A stretch of 64,000 nucleotides of DNA from Octopus vulgaris (GCA_951406725.2 OX597816.1:73222001-73286000); one strand, 5' to 3'; positions 26,495-40,852 are shown, numbered from the stretch's first letter. The notes: generated by a model from the letters alone, not told the origin. Program-made: numbers and translations.

Positions 26495-26742
26495 TTTTTA
26501 CTCTCTTTTACTCTTTTATTTGCTTCAGTCATTTGACTGTGGCCATGCTAGAGCACCGCCTTTAGTCGAGCAAATCGACCCCAGGACTTATTCTTTGTAA
26601 GCCCAGTACTTATTCTATCGGTCTCTTTTGCCGAACCGCTAATTTACGGGGACCTAAACAGACCAGCATCGGTTGTCAAGCGATGTTGAGGGAACAAACA
26701 CAGACACACACAAATATACACATACATACATACATACATACA

Positions 26743-26812
<70 letters not shown>

Positions 26813-26985
26813 CACATATATACGACGGGCTTCTTTCAGTTTCCGTCTACCAAATCCACTCACAAGGCTTTGGTCGGCCCGAGGCTATAGTAGAATACAC
26901 TTGCCCAAGGTGCCACGCAGTGGGACTGAATCCGGAACCATGTGATTCGTAAGCAAGCTACTTACCACACAGCCACTCCCACGCC
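26495..26985 (-). mobile_element. SINE A, full length
   Basis: Family match. Confidence 0.9.
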
Positions 26986-27469
26986 ACAGAAACTTATGAA
27001 ATGCTCCAGACTCCTGATCGGTTCTTGTATGAGCTGAGCATCTGTATCTCGCTGGCACAAAAGACTCCAGGGCGGTAGAGAGGAGGTGAGAGATGATGAG
27101 GGTACTGGAGATAAAGGGACATCAGAACATCAGACCTAAGTTGGGAAAATTCGCAATTTTCACAGCGTTTGGTGTTGGAGTGCCAGAATTATTCATGAAA
27201 ATCGGAACGGGCAAAAAAGTTGTACAAAGTTTGTTCCCAACATGCTCAGTGGCGAGTATCCTGTTAACAAACTGCTTGACAGAGAAGGGGCATCAAAATT
27301 GTTCTTCACCCTTCAAAAAGTCCAGTGTTTGCACCCTGTATTTTTTTTTTGGTTGTTCCCTAAACTGAAGGAGAATTTCAGAGGTAGTCATTTTCAAGAC
27401 ATTAAGAAGATGAGGGAGAATGTTACAAGCATCATCTAGTCTAATGTACAGTATCTTTTTCATGTTTTA

Positions 27470-27817
27470 CCTTTTACCTTTTGCAGTCATTGGACTGTGG
27501 CCATGCTGGAGTACCACATCTAGAAGTTATTTTTGTTTTGTCTGATATTATTTTGGCGAAGCGCTTGTTATGAAGGTCGCAAACAAACCAACACCAGTTT
27601 TCAAACAGTGAAGGTGGGATAACAAATACACATACAAATATACACAGATGCATATTTATGTGCGTACGTGCGTGTGTGTGCATATGTATATATGTATGTG
27701 TGTATGTATGTCTGTATGTATATGACGGGCTTCCACACAGTTTCCATCAACCACTACCACTCCTACCCCCTATCATCACCACTACCATCTCACCGCCTCT
27801 ACTACTACTACTACTAT

Positions 27818-27891
<74 letters not shown>

Positions 27892-27973
27892 TTACTACGA
27901 TACCACGATTACCTCAACTTCCACTGTCACATCACCACCATCACAACTACCACATACACTACTACTACTATTG

Positions 27974-28033
<60 letters not shown>

Positions 28034-28290
28034 TTACTATTACTACTACAACTACTATGCCGACGACAACGATACCACGAATACCTCAACTGCCACCGTC
28101 ACTTCACCACTATCACAACCACCACCAGCACCACCACCACTACTACTAGTACTATGACTATCACGATTACCTCAACTACTACCGTCACATAAGGCAGTGG
28201 TTGGCCCGAGGCTCTTGTCAAACAGTAGGACTGAACCCGTAACCACATGGTTGCAGAGCGAGCTTCTTAACCACACGGCCTTGCTTGCGC
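27470..28290 (-). mobile_element. Old SINE A-like copy interrupted by an (ACT)n-rich insert at about 27745-28190
   Basis: Tail at 27470-27745 and head at 28190-28290. Confidence 0.7.
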
Positions 28291-28681
28291 ATGCGTAAAA
28301 CTACTAAATTGATCCGGACATAGTTCGAATACATCTTTGATCATATTTCTGCTAAATCAAGGATTATCTGGGAGGGGGAAGGAATAAACAGCAGCGGCAG
28401 CCGCAGCAGCAGCTACGGTTACAGGATTTCGTGTTTAGTCGACATTTATCTGCGCTTCGAAGCGTCTTTAACAACAGCAAAAACAGGAATGGCATCAGCG
28501 GTAACCGGAAGTAAAGTAGCCACCACCACTACCACCACTGCTACTACTAAAACCAACACCACCACACTACCACCACCAATACGTTCAATAATGATGGCAT
28601 TACCACCACTTTAATAGCGCCAATAACAATACTCTCACCACTACCACTATTACTGCTACTGCTGCTGCTGTTGTTGTTGTT

Positions 28682-29040
28682 GAGCGAAGCGGACTTCGTC
28701 CCAGTGGGAGAAGTTGAAACGTGGTTCTTTGCTATTCGTAAGACCCGCAGAAGAGAAAGCAGATCAACCCCCGAAACCGAGAGCATCGACGGATGGATGA
28801 ATGCGCATCTAGGCTCAGCAGTTGCGTAGGAAGTCGGGGACAAGAAACAAGAAGAAAGAGTGAGAGAGAAAGTTGGAGTGAAAGAGTACAACAGGGGCCG
28901 CCACCACCCCCTGCCGGAGCCTCGTGGAGCTTTAGGTGTTCTCGCTCAATAAACACACACAACGCCCGGTCTGGGAATCGAAACCGCGATCCTACGACCG
29001 CGAGTCCGCTGCCCTAACCACTGGCCCATTGCGCCTCCAC
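28682..29040 (-). mobile_element. SINE family C, full length, within (CTG)n
   Basis: Family match with ctgctgctg flanks on both sides. Confidence 0.9.
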
Positions 29041-29685
29041 TGCTGCTGCTGCTGCTACTGCGATTGTAGCCTGACAAGCATCTGTTTTGCCCTGTTGTCT
29101 TGAACATGTATATTTCTACACTTACTCGCACTAGCAACAGCAACAACAACAACAACAGCAACAGCAGATTTGAAGCAATACCACTGTCGACACCTACCGT
29201 CAAGGTATATTGATTTCAATGAAATTAAGTTGGCAAACGCAAAAGAAAACAATAAAAAAAAATCAACCATAAAATATAATCAATCGATTTGGCAATGTAC
29301 TGTTATCGATAATTCAAAAATCGATCATCTAGGGACATATTGATTCCTGCAGTCAGATTTATAGGGTTCCAGAATATAGAACAAGTGAGAATGAGATGGA
29401 GGTGTATCGTCTTTTATTTTTTCTTCGTTATCATGATTCAGTCAATTGGACTGTGGCCATGCTGGAGCACCGTCGTTGAGGAGTTTTAGTCGAACAAATC
29501 AACCTCGGTATTTTCCTTTCTTTTTTTTTTGCCGGCCGTTAATCTGGTACTTATTCTATCGTTCCTTTCTGCCGAACCGATAGTTTATGCAGATATAACT
29601 AACACCAGTTTGTCAAACGGTGGTGGTGGTGTTGATGGGTAGGAAGAAAACACAGACACAAACACACACACGCATGTATAGACAT

Positions 29686-29727
<42 letters not shown>

Positions 29728-30107
29728 GTGTATGTGTTACCGATCACACCAGCGGACCAGCCTGCTCCTTTTTGTCAAATTTAAGAACTTTCTTTATGCT
29801 TTCAGTGCGAATGATTTTGTTAAGCGGTGTCAAGTTTTACAATTCTGTAAATAATAATAATGGTATTTTTTTTTTATAAGTTTAAAGCTTATAGCAATCA
29901 CCGTGCCGCGAACGGGAAAGCTTTCTTTTTTCTGTCGAGAGCTCATATGCCCCATTATTAGACTACTTCCGTTAGTCATTTGCACGGTGATCGCTATAAT
30001 CTTTAAGCTTATAAAAAATACCATTATCATTATTTACAGAATTGTAAAACTCGATATCGCTTAACAATATATGTATGTATGTATGTATATATATATATAT
30101 ATATATA

Positions 30108-30500
30108 TCTTTTACTCTTTTACTTGTTTCAGTTATTTGACTGCGGCCATGCTGGAGCACCGCCTTTAATCGAGCAACTCGACCCCGGGTCTTATTCTTT
30201 TGTAAGCCCAGTACTTATTCTATCGGTCTCTTTTGCCGAACTGCTAAGTAACGGGGACATAAACACACCAGCATCGGTTGTCAAGCAATGGTAGGGGGAC
30301 AAACACACTTACACAAACACACACACGCATATACATATATATACATATATACGACGGGCTTCTTTCAGTTTCCGTCAAGGCTTTGGTCGGCCCGAGGCTA
30401 TAGTAGAAGACACCTGCCCAAGGTGCCACGCAGTGGGACTGAACCCGGAACCATGTGGTTGGTAAACAAGCTACTTACCACACAGCCACTCCTGCGCCTA
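30108..30500 (-). mobile_element. SINE A
   Basis: Family match. Confidence 0.9.
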
Positions 30501-30909
30501 TATATATATATGTATATATACAGTTAGATGTATGGTTACTACTGTATGAGTTAAAGCTCCACATAGATTATCATTATCGAGTCAGATTCCACCGTAATGG
30601 ATTATCGACCGCTGTACTAAGCTGTGCTGCTAGTTATGTATATACAGAGCATATGGAGTGGAAAATTAAGGTAAACAATAGTATATGTATTAAATTCCTA
30701 CGTACGTTTCACGCATGCACGCGCCGCATACAGACATGTATTGTCCACGTTACAAGGATTTTATAAATTTTTGAGAGAAACTGAATTAATTCTTTTTAAA
30801 ATAGTATACCTTGAAGCAGCCCAAAAACTATAACAAATACCATGTAAATATTGAATCTTCCAATATCCTGCCCAACAGATTTTCAACCAAATATTTACAT
30901 CCACAATTC

Positions 30910-31048
<139 letters not shown>

Positions 31049-31451
31049 AAGGAGAATAACTCCCTCTACAGAACAACAAATTACCACTCCAATTAACAGA
31101 GCAACATAGAATATAAAGATTAATAAAAAGCGAACAAATTTCGGGAGTCAGAATTCATTTCGTCTGTATATTTCTCAACATCGGAACACATCATAAAAAT
31201 ATACGTAAATATAAATATGTAGATAAAAATATAAAGCATAAATATATTCGCATGACATCGCATGAAATTATGAAATTGTATGTCTGTGTTTGGAATCAAT
31301 GAGAAAATTATTATATATGCACAGTGAATGTTGCATTAATCGAAATGATCAAATGGATGAAAGAGTAATTCTAGATGATTCTAAGAGGAAACGTGTTCTC
31401 TTTTTATTATTCTTTATAATACATACATATATATATAATATAATATATAAT

Positions 31452-31490
<39 letters not shown>

Positions 31491-32236
31491 CGGTGCTCCA
31501 GTATGGTCACAGCCTTAGTGCTGAAACGTATAAAATAATATATATATATACATGCATGTAGGTACACGGCGGATTTCCACAAAATTTCCAAGTAACAAAT
31601 TCATTCATAAGGCATTGTTAGTCCCGTGGCTATTATAGAAAACACTTGCCAATAACTGACGTGGAGTGGAACTGAACGCAAAACCATTTGGTTACAAACC
31701 GAGACTCTTAATCACACAGCCATGCATACCTTTGTCTTTTCCTTCTTTGAGACATGCGAAATGTGTTACGTTACATGTGCGTATGAAAGTAAAAGTAAAA
31801 ACGAACGTTGCTGCAGTCTATCCTGTAGCTCAGATCTGAAAAAAAGCATTCCACTGTTACCAGCTTGTAATGTTAAAACAGTGATTCTCTCATAGTGAGA
31901 CAAACGATGATTGTGCGAACTGATAGGGACTGACAAGTTGGTGTGTTTAAAATTAAGATGGTGAATTCTTAGCCGAAGAAAGAAGAATTATGTGGATGTA
32001 AACTGTTTTGCCTTCGTTATAATAAGGATGTGAAGTAGTAAAACGTTTCATACATGCACACTGACACACAAACGCAAAAACCCTTACACTTCACTGACGC
32101 GCGCGCGCGAATATATTTGGCAGTATAGGGATATATATTTGCATGTGTATATGGATATATACATACAAATATATATGTGCGTGTGGTGTGTACGCCCAGT
32201 CACACTGATACACGCCCAATTCTTTCTTTTACTCTG

Positions 32237-32286
<50 letters not shown>

Positions 32287-33196
32287 CAAACGCACACATA
32301 CACGCACACACACATATACACACACACATGTACATACACAAAAGTCATTGAATAATGTTGCAACTCTATGCGGCTTACAAAAACCAATCAGAAAATCAAG
32401 CAGGTGGCTACCCAGTCTGCTGGAAATATCAGCCTAATCTTCCTCAATTCACATGGTTCTGTCTTGTACAAACGAACGGAATATACAAGCAATGATATAT
32501 AAAAGACAATTTCTTCATGGCTGGAATTCTTTTGATCACAAATCTGCTCGCTCAAGGTTGACCTAGCGCTAAAATAAAGTACCAACATCATCATCATCAT
32601 CATCATCGTCGTCGTCATAAAAAGAATACTGGTTTTTGACCAGTTGCTTGAACAGCCAATAATAGCGGAGCGAGTAAACCTCCCTCAAATAACAGCCGCC
32701 GGTTTATAAAAGAATGCATACATTAGAGAATGTAGTTCTAATTAACTACAACGGTGGGACGATGGTGACTGGAATGTCGTTGGTTAAAGGTTTGCGAAGT
32801 TGGTTTAAGGACAAACAACAACAATCTTAGGTTTATGGTGGAATAAATCAGCCTAAAACAATTGAAGGTGATCGTGGGTTCATTTTCCGAATCATTACTC
32901 TGTGAGAAAGTTGTTGAAATTACTGATATGAGTAATTTCCCTACATTTTGTAACCAGGAACGGATCAATCACTAATAAATATTCGCTGATTGAAATCTCA
33001 AGATATCAGTTTCTTGATGCTAGAACTGCAGGTGCTGGCACAGTAATGTACGAACGCCAGTATTGAGTCCTCAGAAGAGAAGAGGTTGGTGATAATAACT
33101 AAACTTACTGTCCTCAATTCGATTTTCGTGTCTATCTACACCAATAGTCATGGATGACCGAAAGAGTACGATCATTCTTAGTATGATCTTACTTAG

Positions 33197-33280
<84 letters not shown>

Positions 33281-33636
33281 TTTTTTCTTTCTTTATTTCT
33301 TTCTCTCTCAGCAGGTGATTTGGAAGTGGTTCAATAATTTCCTGAAGACCAAGTGCAACGCCAGGTACAAAACGACAGAGATTCTTCTTGGCTAATTGAT
33401 CTGCTAGAAGTGATACCCAAGCCTCTTTCCAGTTGTATGATACTGGATATCTTTTATCTTTTACCTATCTCGGTCATTGGACTAGGGACAAAGACTTAAG
33501 TCAAACGGATCGACCCTGATACTTATTTTTAAGGCCGGGCACTTATTCTGTCAGTAACTTTTGACGAGCCGCTAAGTTACGGGAACGTAAATAAACCAAC
33601 ACCGGTTGTTAAGCAGTGATTGGACGCACACACACA

Positions 33637-33678
<42 letters not shown>

Positions 33679-33842
33679 CATACACACACACACATATATA
33701 CATATATATACATATATATATGTATGCACACATGCATACGATGGGGGAGGTCCACACAGTTTCCGTCAGCCAAATTCACACATAAGATATAGGTCAACCT
33801 TTGGCTACAGTACTTACACACATACATACACACAAACACGCA

Positions 33843-33921
<79 letters not shown>

Positions 33922-34143
33922 TATAATCTAAGATAAAAAAAAGGCGGCATATTCATGGCAGAAATGTTTTTTATCAAAGAAATGTTGGCTGATCAGCGGT
34001 CTCTGATCCCTGGTCTCTCCGCCTCAGATCTGGTTGGTTTCGTGCCTCGTCTACCTAGGCCTTCCCGACTCATTCATCATTCGTTCTTTCGTCACACATA
34101 TTCTCTTTCCACTCCGCAAACCCCGAATTAATCATTACAGTAA

Positions 34144-34509
34144 TCTCTATATATATAAACGGCAAAATGTCTCTGTGTGTGTCCTTTATACAAATCCACA
34201 ATTTTTCCGTTAGAGGGCTCGCACTTTCTATGGTCATTCAAAACCGTCCAAGGGTGGTCGTGCATATCTTTATATTTGCCCAGTTACCCCCACAAAGCCA
34301 TTAAAAAATCAATAGAAGTGACATTTTTTGTGAATTTTCTATCCCAAACCCAATCAAAATGCCCGAAACTTGATACGCCAATTGAATGCCAGCTAGCTGC
34401 ATGTGATTGGTCGGATATTTGGGCAGTACTCGCGTATATGTGCGCATGCACGCAGCTGTATATGCATGCACTAGCACTATGACCCGACAACGCCGGGTCA
34501 TAGTGCTAG
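34144..34509 (+). mobile_element. Non-autonomous Helitron
   Basis: A|TCTCTATATATATAAA 5' end, 3' GC-rich hairpin, CTAG|T end, no TSD. Confidence 0.82.
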
Positions 34510-34768
34510 TATTTAATAAAAAGGAACGGGAGAAACACGTTTGATAAGTAGTCCTAGATAACCCCTAAGAAGACAAGATTAACAGGAACACCAACAGCAC
34601 TATCTTTCTTATCCGGTCTATGTCGTTACAACTCGAGAGAACTATTTGTCTGAAATGTGTGAAAGGAGGAGGAGGAGGAAAGAGAGGAGGAAAATGGTGG
34701 TATGAGAATTCCCTCTTGTGTAAAGAGTAAACCCTAGAGGGAGGTGTATATAACTGTAGGGTGTAGAT

Positions 34769-35120
34769 CGGAGGTTCTCAACCATTTTTTTTATCTATGG
34801 ACTCATTTAATTACTATTTTATTCTGGTGGACCCCCAGAGCCATTCGACGTTTAAAAACCAGTTATATAGAAACTTGTTTCAAAATTCATCTTTTGTTTT
34901 TCACACATTAACTTTGTTCAGGTTGAACTACGTAAAATGTTAGAGAAAGAAACCTAAACGTTTCTTGCAATACATACCAATGCATACATCTGAACCTAAA
35001 CTTTTTCAGGGACCCTTAAAATACTATTGCGGATCTCCAATTTACTATTTTGTTGCGTGAACCCCCTAAAATCTTATACGGACCCCCAAGAGCCATATGG
35101 ATCCTGGTTGAGAACCACTG
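34769..35120. mobile_element. hAT (Charlie-type) MITE
   Basis: TIRs cggaggttctcaacc / ggttgagaaccactg with a perfect 8-bp TSD GTGTAGAT at 34761-34768 and 35121-35128. Confidence 0.9.
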
Positions 35121-35595
35121 GTGTAGATAATGTAGAGGCCAACGTTTTGAACAGAAACCTTCCCTCGGAAAAGAAATGGACGCATATTGGACGTATCATA
35201 AGATTAAACAGTCTCAAATAGAGAAATGAACAGGCATAAGGTCACAAGATCTCACGAGAGACTCGACTCGACTCGACGTTAACTTACAACCAAACGATAT
35301 ACAATGCTTCACCTTAAATAACCAAATTCGTTCCTGACAGCTTCAGATGATTAGCAGCTTCCAAGTTCTTGTGATATCGTAAACTTTCATTCACATAAGC
35401 TCTCCCCTTCAAAGACCATAATAAATAATAAATAATTCCCGATAATAGTTGAGTAGGGGCTTGGAGAAACGAAATTAATTCACTGACACCTAATATAACA
35501 CAAAAATAAAATCATAGATTCAAATTTCGTGGATGATGATGATGAGGTGGATTATGATTAGGAATATGATAATGATGATGATGATGATGATGATG

Positions 35596-35635
<40 letters not shown>

Positions 35636-35636
35636 T

Positions 35637-35686
<50 letters not shown>

Positions 35687-35799
35687 TAATAATAATAATC
35701 GACCAATTTTGTACGTTACCTTAGCATTAATAGAACTCACGGTCGAAAGTGCAAAATAATAAAGAAATAAAACATTCCTGCAAAACTATAGAGAGGATA

Positions 35800-36165
35800 T
35801 TCTTTTCTACTCTAGGAACAATGCCCGAAATTTTTTGTGGGAGGGAGCTAGTCGATTAGATCGATCCCAGTACGCAACTGGTACTTAATTTATCGACCCC
35901 AAAAAGCAAAGTAGATCTCAGAACGTAACGGCAGACGAAATACCTATTTCTTTACTACCCACAAGGGGCTAAAAACAGTGGGGACGAACAAGGACAAACA
36001 AACGGATTAAGTCGATTATATCGACCCCAGTGCGTAACTGGTACTTATTTAATTGACCCCGAAATGATGAAAGGCAAAGTCGACCTCGGGGAATTTGAAC
36101 TCAGAACGTAACGGCAGACGAAATACGGCTATGCATTTCGCCCGATTCTGCCAGCTGGCCGCCTT
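35800..36165 (-). mobile_element. SINE B1/B dimer
   Basis: gacgaaatacc|tatttctttac junction. Confidence 0.85.
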
Positions 36166-36317
36166 TATAATGATTATAATAAATATAGAGGGAATAAATA
36201 TGAAGTTATTTAATGTAGAATTTTTCTCTGTAAAATTTTGTGCATAGTGGCAGAATTGATAGAGCAGTGGGTTAAATGCATTGCTCTATTTGCTGTTTCA
36301 TCCTTTAGAAGGAACAG

Positions 36318-36566
36318 CTGTTTGTTCCTTCTCGAGCCACGCCTGGCTCATAAGGGCCGGTTTTCCGGTTTCCTTGGCGTATAGGTAAAGAGTGAGAGAA
36401 AGTTGTGGCGAAAGAGTTAGCAAAAGTTCGCCATTATCTTCTGCCGGAGCCGCGTAGAACTTAGGCGTTTCGCTCATAAACACACACATCGGCCGGTCTG
36501 AGATCCGAACCCGCGATTCCTCGACCGCGAGTCCGCTGCTTTAGCAACTAAGCCATGTGCCTCCAC
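36318..36566 (-). mobile_element. SINE with a family-C head and a different 3' tail
   Basis: 36388-36566 is homologous to family C and 36318-36387 is not. Confidence 0.75.
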
Positions 36567-36754
36567 TCTATTTAGTAACATTCATTTATGTTTGTGTTCA
36601 AACACAAATGTCTAATTAATCCTCCATTTCCCCCGTTACCAGTATAATGATTGCTAGTCATATATTGTCGGTCGTTTCAATCGACTGTTATCGCCTTCCC
36701 TTAAAACTTTGCATTTTTATATCAAGGTTAGAAATTGTCATACCACAAATGTAT

Positions 36755-36827
<73 letters not shown>

Positions 36828-37207
36828 TAAATATCTATCAATAAATCATCTGGGCCATAAATGTGTTCTATTCTAAGTCTAAGTTCCTTGCCTACTGGTA
36901 ATATGGTCGGTCAAGTTGTCGTGCTGGTAACAGCTATTCACCCGGAAACATGTCTCCACGCTTTTCCTTCATCTCCTGACAATAAACCCGTCCTTTTCCT
37001 TAATGTCATGTCAAATATTGAGAATTAAATCTTGTGATTATCTCCCCTTTCATACGTTTGTATTTCTCTCTCTCTTTCTTTCTCTCTCACTACCTCTCTT
37101 TTCATATATACATAAAATAATATATAATAATAAAATGTGTATGCATTATATATATATATTATATACATTCATATGTATGTATATATATGTGTGTGTGTAT
37201 ATATATA

Positions 37208-37250
<43 letters not shown>

Positions 37251-38080
37251 TCTCAGCTAGGTCATCCCATAGAACGCGCCAATATATATGTGGTTTATTG
37301 ATAGATATTTATGCAAGTATATACACATTCACTCATAGACACACAAACATATTCGTGGAGAATATTTCTACTTGTAAACAAATAGGTGTCAACACACCAA
37401 GTTAGTTCGAATCGCCTCCAAACCAGACTGATGGATTCATACAGTTCGGAGTAGTTATCTCCTCTTCAGTACCAGACACAGGAAGGAGGAAGCGGCCACG
37501 GACTAACTTGAGATAGATCACTCCTACATATAAGAATGGAAACTGCAGTTGGCCTCCGCGAGATTTGTGCTCATGACAACTTTGTCCGATACACAAACGC
37601 AGTAGCTCTCGATCTTATTGACTTCGTGAACACTGTAGATGCAACAATTAAATACTGATACACGTCGCATGGAAGCTTAAAATAAGAGCAAACTATATTT
37701 TAAAGTTTAAAATTTTGAACATTAAATACAAAATACCTATTTCAGACTTTGCTGGTTAATGATACATGTATATCATGAGTAAATCATTTTTGAAGACAGT
37801 CAGATGTTTTTATTATGAATTTTGTAAAACATTTACTTATAACTAGGAAAGTGCCTCATGCAGCGTACCATTTTGCTATGACTCGATGCTTTGAGAACAG
37901 TTGCTAGAAAGACTGTACTGAATGTACTTCACGTAAATAATGGAGATTCATTAAGATGTTTGAATTTAATTAATTTAGCTTCGAATACATGTTTATATTA
38001 TCTACAAAGTTAAACAGGCTTTCATATAAAGTATATATATGCAAGACTCTCTTTCTCTCTCTCTAATATGTATATACATA

Positions 38081-38472
38081 GCGGCGATCTGGCAGAAACG
38101 GTAGCACACCGGGCGAAATGCTTAGCGGTATTTCGTATGCCGCTACGTTCTGAGTTCAAATTCCGCCGTGGTCGACTTTGCCTTTCATCCTTTCGGGGTC
38201 GATTAAATAAGTACCAGTTACGTACTGGGGTCGATATAATCGACTTAATCCGTGTGTCTGTCCTTGTTTGTCCTCTCTGTGTTTAGACTGTTGTGGGCAG
38301 TAAAGAAATAGGTATTTCGCCCATCGTTGCGTTCTGAGTTCAAATTCCGCCGAGGTTGACTTACCGTTCATGCATTCGGGATCATAAATTAAGTACCAGT
38401 CAAGTACTAGGGTCGATGTAATCGACTATCCCCCACCCCACAAATTACAGGCCTTGTGCCTATAGTAGAAAA
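38081..38472 (+). mobile_element. SINE B1/B dimer
   Basis: gtaaagaaata|ggtatttcgcc junction. Confidence 0.87.
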
Positions 38473-38481
38473 GATATATTT

Positions 38482-38545
<64 letters not shown>

Positions 38546-38549
<4 letters not shown>

Positions 38550-38700
38550 GTTTACGAAAATAAACAAAAGACGAAGGCAGGTGGAGTACAAACAAACAAA
38601 TGTATTAGTATTGCGCTCAGGAATAGAAAAAGTCTTTTACATTTCGAGCCTACGCTCTTCGACAGAAAGATACACAGAAAAAAACCCCAGAAAAAAAATA
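38546..38700 (-). mobile_element. HHR element family H4, HHR at 38634-38669
   Basis: Minus strand CTTT-CTGTCGA-A-GAGC(GTAG)GCTC-GAA-ATGT-A-AAAG. Confidence 0.7.
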
Positions 38701-38742
38701 TATATATTGCAGTGCATATATCTCCATATAATGTGTATGTAT

Positions 38743-38860
<118 letters not shown>

Positions 38861-38869
38861 AGATGTATA

Positions 38870-39400
38870 CATTGAATCACCCCGGAGACCCTTCACTAAA
38901 CGAATTAAGGGCATGACTGATCTCGATTATTGGGACCGCCTTAAAGCATTGAAACTATTCTCTCCAGCGCTGCCGTAAGCGATACATCATTTGTAGAATG
39001 TGGAGAATATACCTGCAGCATTGCTCAAACGGCCTTAACATTAGTTTCCGAATTCATCTAAGGCTAGGACCACGTGCTATACGCTCCTACACATTTCACA
39101 ACACATAAATACACTGCAACACAATATCTTTCCCTCAACAAGCGCTGCTGTTTAACATTGTCTCAAAACAAATCCAAGAGGAAAAAGATTCCATCATCTT
39201 TAAACGGAATCTGGACAAATTTTTTCAACGGATACAAATAAGCTACGTATACCTGGATATAACTTACTCAACAAGAACTTCGTCCTTCAAAAGGCCAAGG
39301 TGCTACAAAACTTGACTTAAAAAGGATATGGAAAATCCTATCAGGTGGTGTTTTTAAGTTAGATATGGCCTGGGCCAGTCTTTGGTAGAAGCATATCTAA
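38870..39400 (+). mobile_element. Decayed CR1/Jockey-group LINE 3' fragment
   Basis: IESPRRPFTKRIKGMTDLDYWDRLKALKLFS/QRCRKRYII matches the LExVQRRFTK...YWERLKxLxLxSLQRRR post-RT motif. Frameshifted. Confidence 0.85.
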
Positions 39401-39604
39401 GTTATACTTATGTGTGTGTGTGTGTGTGTGTGTATGCACGTATGTGGATGCTTATGTGTATATATGTATGTATGTGTGCATATACATATATATCCATTAT
39501 AATACAATATATATAAGTATATATATTTATATATATATAAATATATATATGTATATGTATGTATGTGTATGTATATGTATATATATATTATGTACATCCA
39601 TATC

Positions 39605-39665
<61 letters not shown>

Positions 39666-39724
39666 CGTATACGTATATGCATGTATTTATGTATCTATCT
39701 ACCTATCTATCTATCTATCTATCC

Positions 39725-39768
<44 letters not shown>

Positions 39769-39774
39769 CTCTCC

Positions 39775-39814
<40 letters not shown>

Positions 39815-40444
39815 CATTAAATTAAATCACATATCATATTACATTACATATTGATCTTCTTGCTGTTCTTCTCTCAGAATGATAGCCCTATACATAAACA
39901 TGCATGCAAAACCCCATGGAAAATTTCGCAACTGTATATTACATACACACACACACAGAGGAATATATAAAACCGTAATGGTTTTTATCAGTCTTATTCT
40001 TTAGATTATTAGATCAGGAAAAATATAGATTTGAAAATATTTAGTAAAATATAAGTCTGCATGAACAAGCGTTTCCTGCACAAATGCAGAATATGCAATG
40101 CATATCGAAGACATGTAAGGGAAAGTATATATCAGGTCTGGTTGCGTATTTAACTTTCTATGGGAGACACCTGTACAAAGGGTATGCTACACTTGTGCTC
40201 AAATGAAAAGTAGTTATTCGGTTTCAAGCCTTAAATATGCATGTTGTCGTCCATAGCGGCTATGCATGCGTATCACTGTTTGTGTGTGTGTCTGTGTGTA
40301 TGTGTGCGTACTCATAGTCAGTATAGTATGTGTATATTTATGGGTTTGTATATTTATGCTTCTGTGTGTGAGCATGTTGTGTGCTGCTATGAAATTTTCA
40401 CGCTGTGTGGTATGCATTTTTATGCATGTGTACATATTCATCTA

Positions 40445-40549
<105 letters not shown>

Positions 40550-40567
40550 ATATATATATATACATAC

Positions 40568-40644
<77 letters not shown>

Positions 40645-40662
40645 TATGTATATACATATATA

Positions 40663-40852
40663 GATCGCTAGCCACTAAACCTTTCTCTATTTTCCATTTT
40701 CTCTCCCTGTTTATTTCTGTGTTCCTTTCTGTCGAAGAGCGTAGGCTCGAAACGTAAAAGACTTTCTCACTTCCCGAGCGTTAAACTATAACATTTGTTT
40801 GTTGTTTACACACTCGTCTTCGTCATTTGGCTTTTTTTGTAAATTCTCACTA
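40663..40852 (+). mobile_element. HHR element family H4, best-preserved copy, TA-flanked
   Basis: Homologous to 4596-4776 and 38546-38700. Confidence 0.72.
40725..40760 (+). ncRNA. 36-nt hammerhead-like motif with CUGUCGA (A6U) core
   Basis: CTTT-CTGTCGA-A-GAGC(GTAG)GCTC-GAA-ACGT-A-AAAG. Stems I and II are perfect. Stem III is a loopless ACGT palindrome that can only form in a dimer. Confidence 0.68.

Noticed and set aside
28324-28617. ~98-codon stop-free plus-strand frame
   Set aside because: It is driven by GCA/ACC triplet repeats and has no recognisable homology.
30697-30735. Minus-strand GAAACGTACGTA half-hammerhead
   Set aside because: The 5' core half is absent.
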